The position numbers were made by a program, and so were the translations under genes. The notes below the pieces were generated by a model, which searched no databases, was not told where the DNA came from, and saw only the letters and a program-made list of their open reading frames with translations. 64,000 nt of DNA from Dehalococcoidia bacterium (GTDB taxonomy: Bacteria; Chloroflexota; Dehalococcoidia; Lucifugimonadales; VXLM01), in NCBI GenBank assembly GCA_965219245.1, contig OZ244722.1:1785212-1849211 (forward strand). The letters are read 5' to 3'. How positions within the stretch are numbered: position 1 is the stretch's first letter; each line of letters starts with the position of its first letter. This document shows, in pieces, positions 63,806-64,000 of this stretch.

Positions 63806-64000
63806 GTGAACTGTTCCCGTCTACGACGAGCGGTCCGGACGGCGGCGCTCATCTCCGGGCTTCTCGCCGGAGCATTGCTAACGCCGCACGTGGCGACCGC
63901 GAACGATACCCAGACCTACACCAACCACCTGATGGGATTCTCCATCACTGCGCCAGCTGATTGGCGGATTGTCGAAACGGGGCGTAGAGTCTCGGTCGTC
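63806..64000 (+). CDS. Secreted protein, N-terminal part only (runs off window)
   Basis: Not in the track. GTG 63806 opens VNCSRLRRAVRTAALISGLLAGALLTPHVATANDTQ..., a signal-peptide-like N-terminus, and stays open to the window end. GC returns to host level here. Confidence 0.4.
   Translation, partial: MNCSRLRRAVRTAALISGLLAGALLTPHVATANDTQTYTNHLMGFSITAPADWRIVETGRRVSVV

Overview
High-GC (roughly 60-65% by eye) bacterial chromosomal segment with strong GGAGG-type Shine-Dalgarno usage and about 50 credible protein genes. The phylum cannot be determined from this window; gene content and repeat types weakly suggest a Chloroflexota-like organism.

Recognisable blocks, in order:
- Partial PhyH dioxygenase, a GIY-YIG nuclease and two orphan antitoxin-like genes.
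- An IS630-family insertion sequence embedded in a head-to-tail MITE array (2.0-3.9 kb).
- An orphan family-5 solute-binding lipoprotein.
- A complete pstSCAB-phoU operon preceded by a Pho-box-like direct-repeat array.
- A small operon of PLP dehydratase, 3-hydroxyacyl-CoA dehydrogenase and an NAD-kinase-like protein.
- HEAT-repeat protein, endonuclease III, amidohydrolase, RND efflux pump, PadR, and an ECF sigma/anti-sigma pair.
- A DegV / transglutaminase-like / K+ channel operon.
- GNAT, a highly divergent SecA-like ATPase, a lipoprotein and an unknown protein.
- A polyamine-linked neighbourhood: DUF4178, DUF350, carboxynorspermidine decarboxylase, an uncharacterised protein and a PaaK-type ligase.
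- DMT transporter, VapBC, an OmpR/HK pair, two paralogous HTH proteins, a DUF948/YtxH pair, two His-rich envelope proteins, an MBL hydrolase and an aldo-keto reductase.
- A lower-GC island with a single-polypeptide (type IIG-like) restriction-modification enzyme, a zinc-ribbon gene and a SWIM gene.

No rRNA, tRNA or CRISPR array was found.

The most unusual property is the repeat load. Nearly every intergenic region is built from a few modular hairpin repeats and CTAG-bounded MITEs whose ends match the IS630 element. The same repeats also sit inside open reading frames:
- They supply apparent start and stop codons.
- A palindromic element sits in frame inside one gene.
- Tandem arrays (units of 45 and 54 bp) span about 650 bp in frame inside one enzyme gene.
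- They form the C-terminal tails of two HTH proteins.

Gene starts were refined by hand from SD and start-codon context where stated. All functional calls rest on motif recognition by eye, not on database searches.
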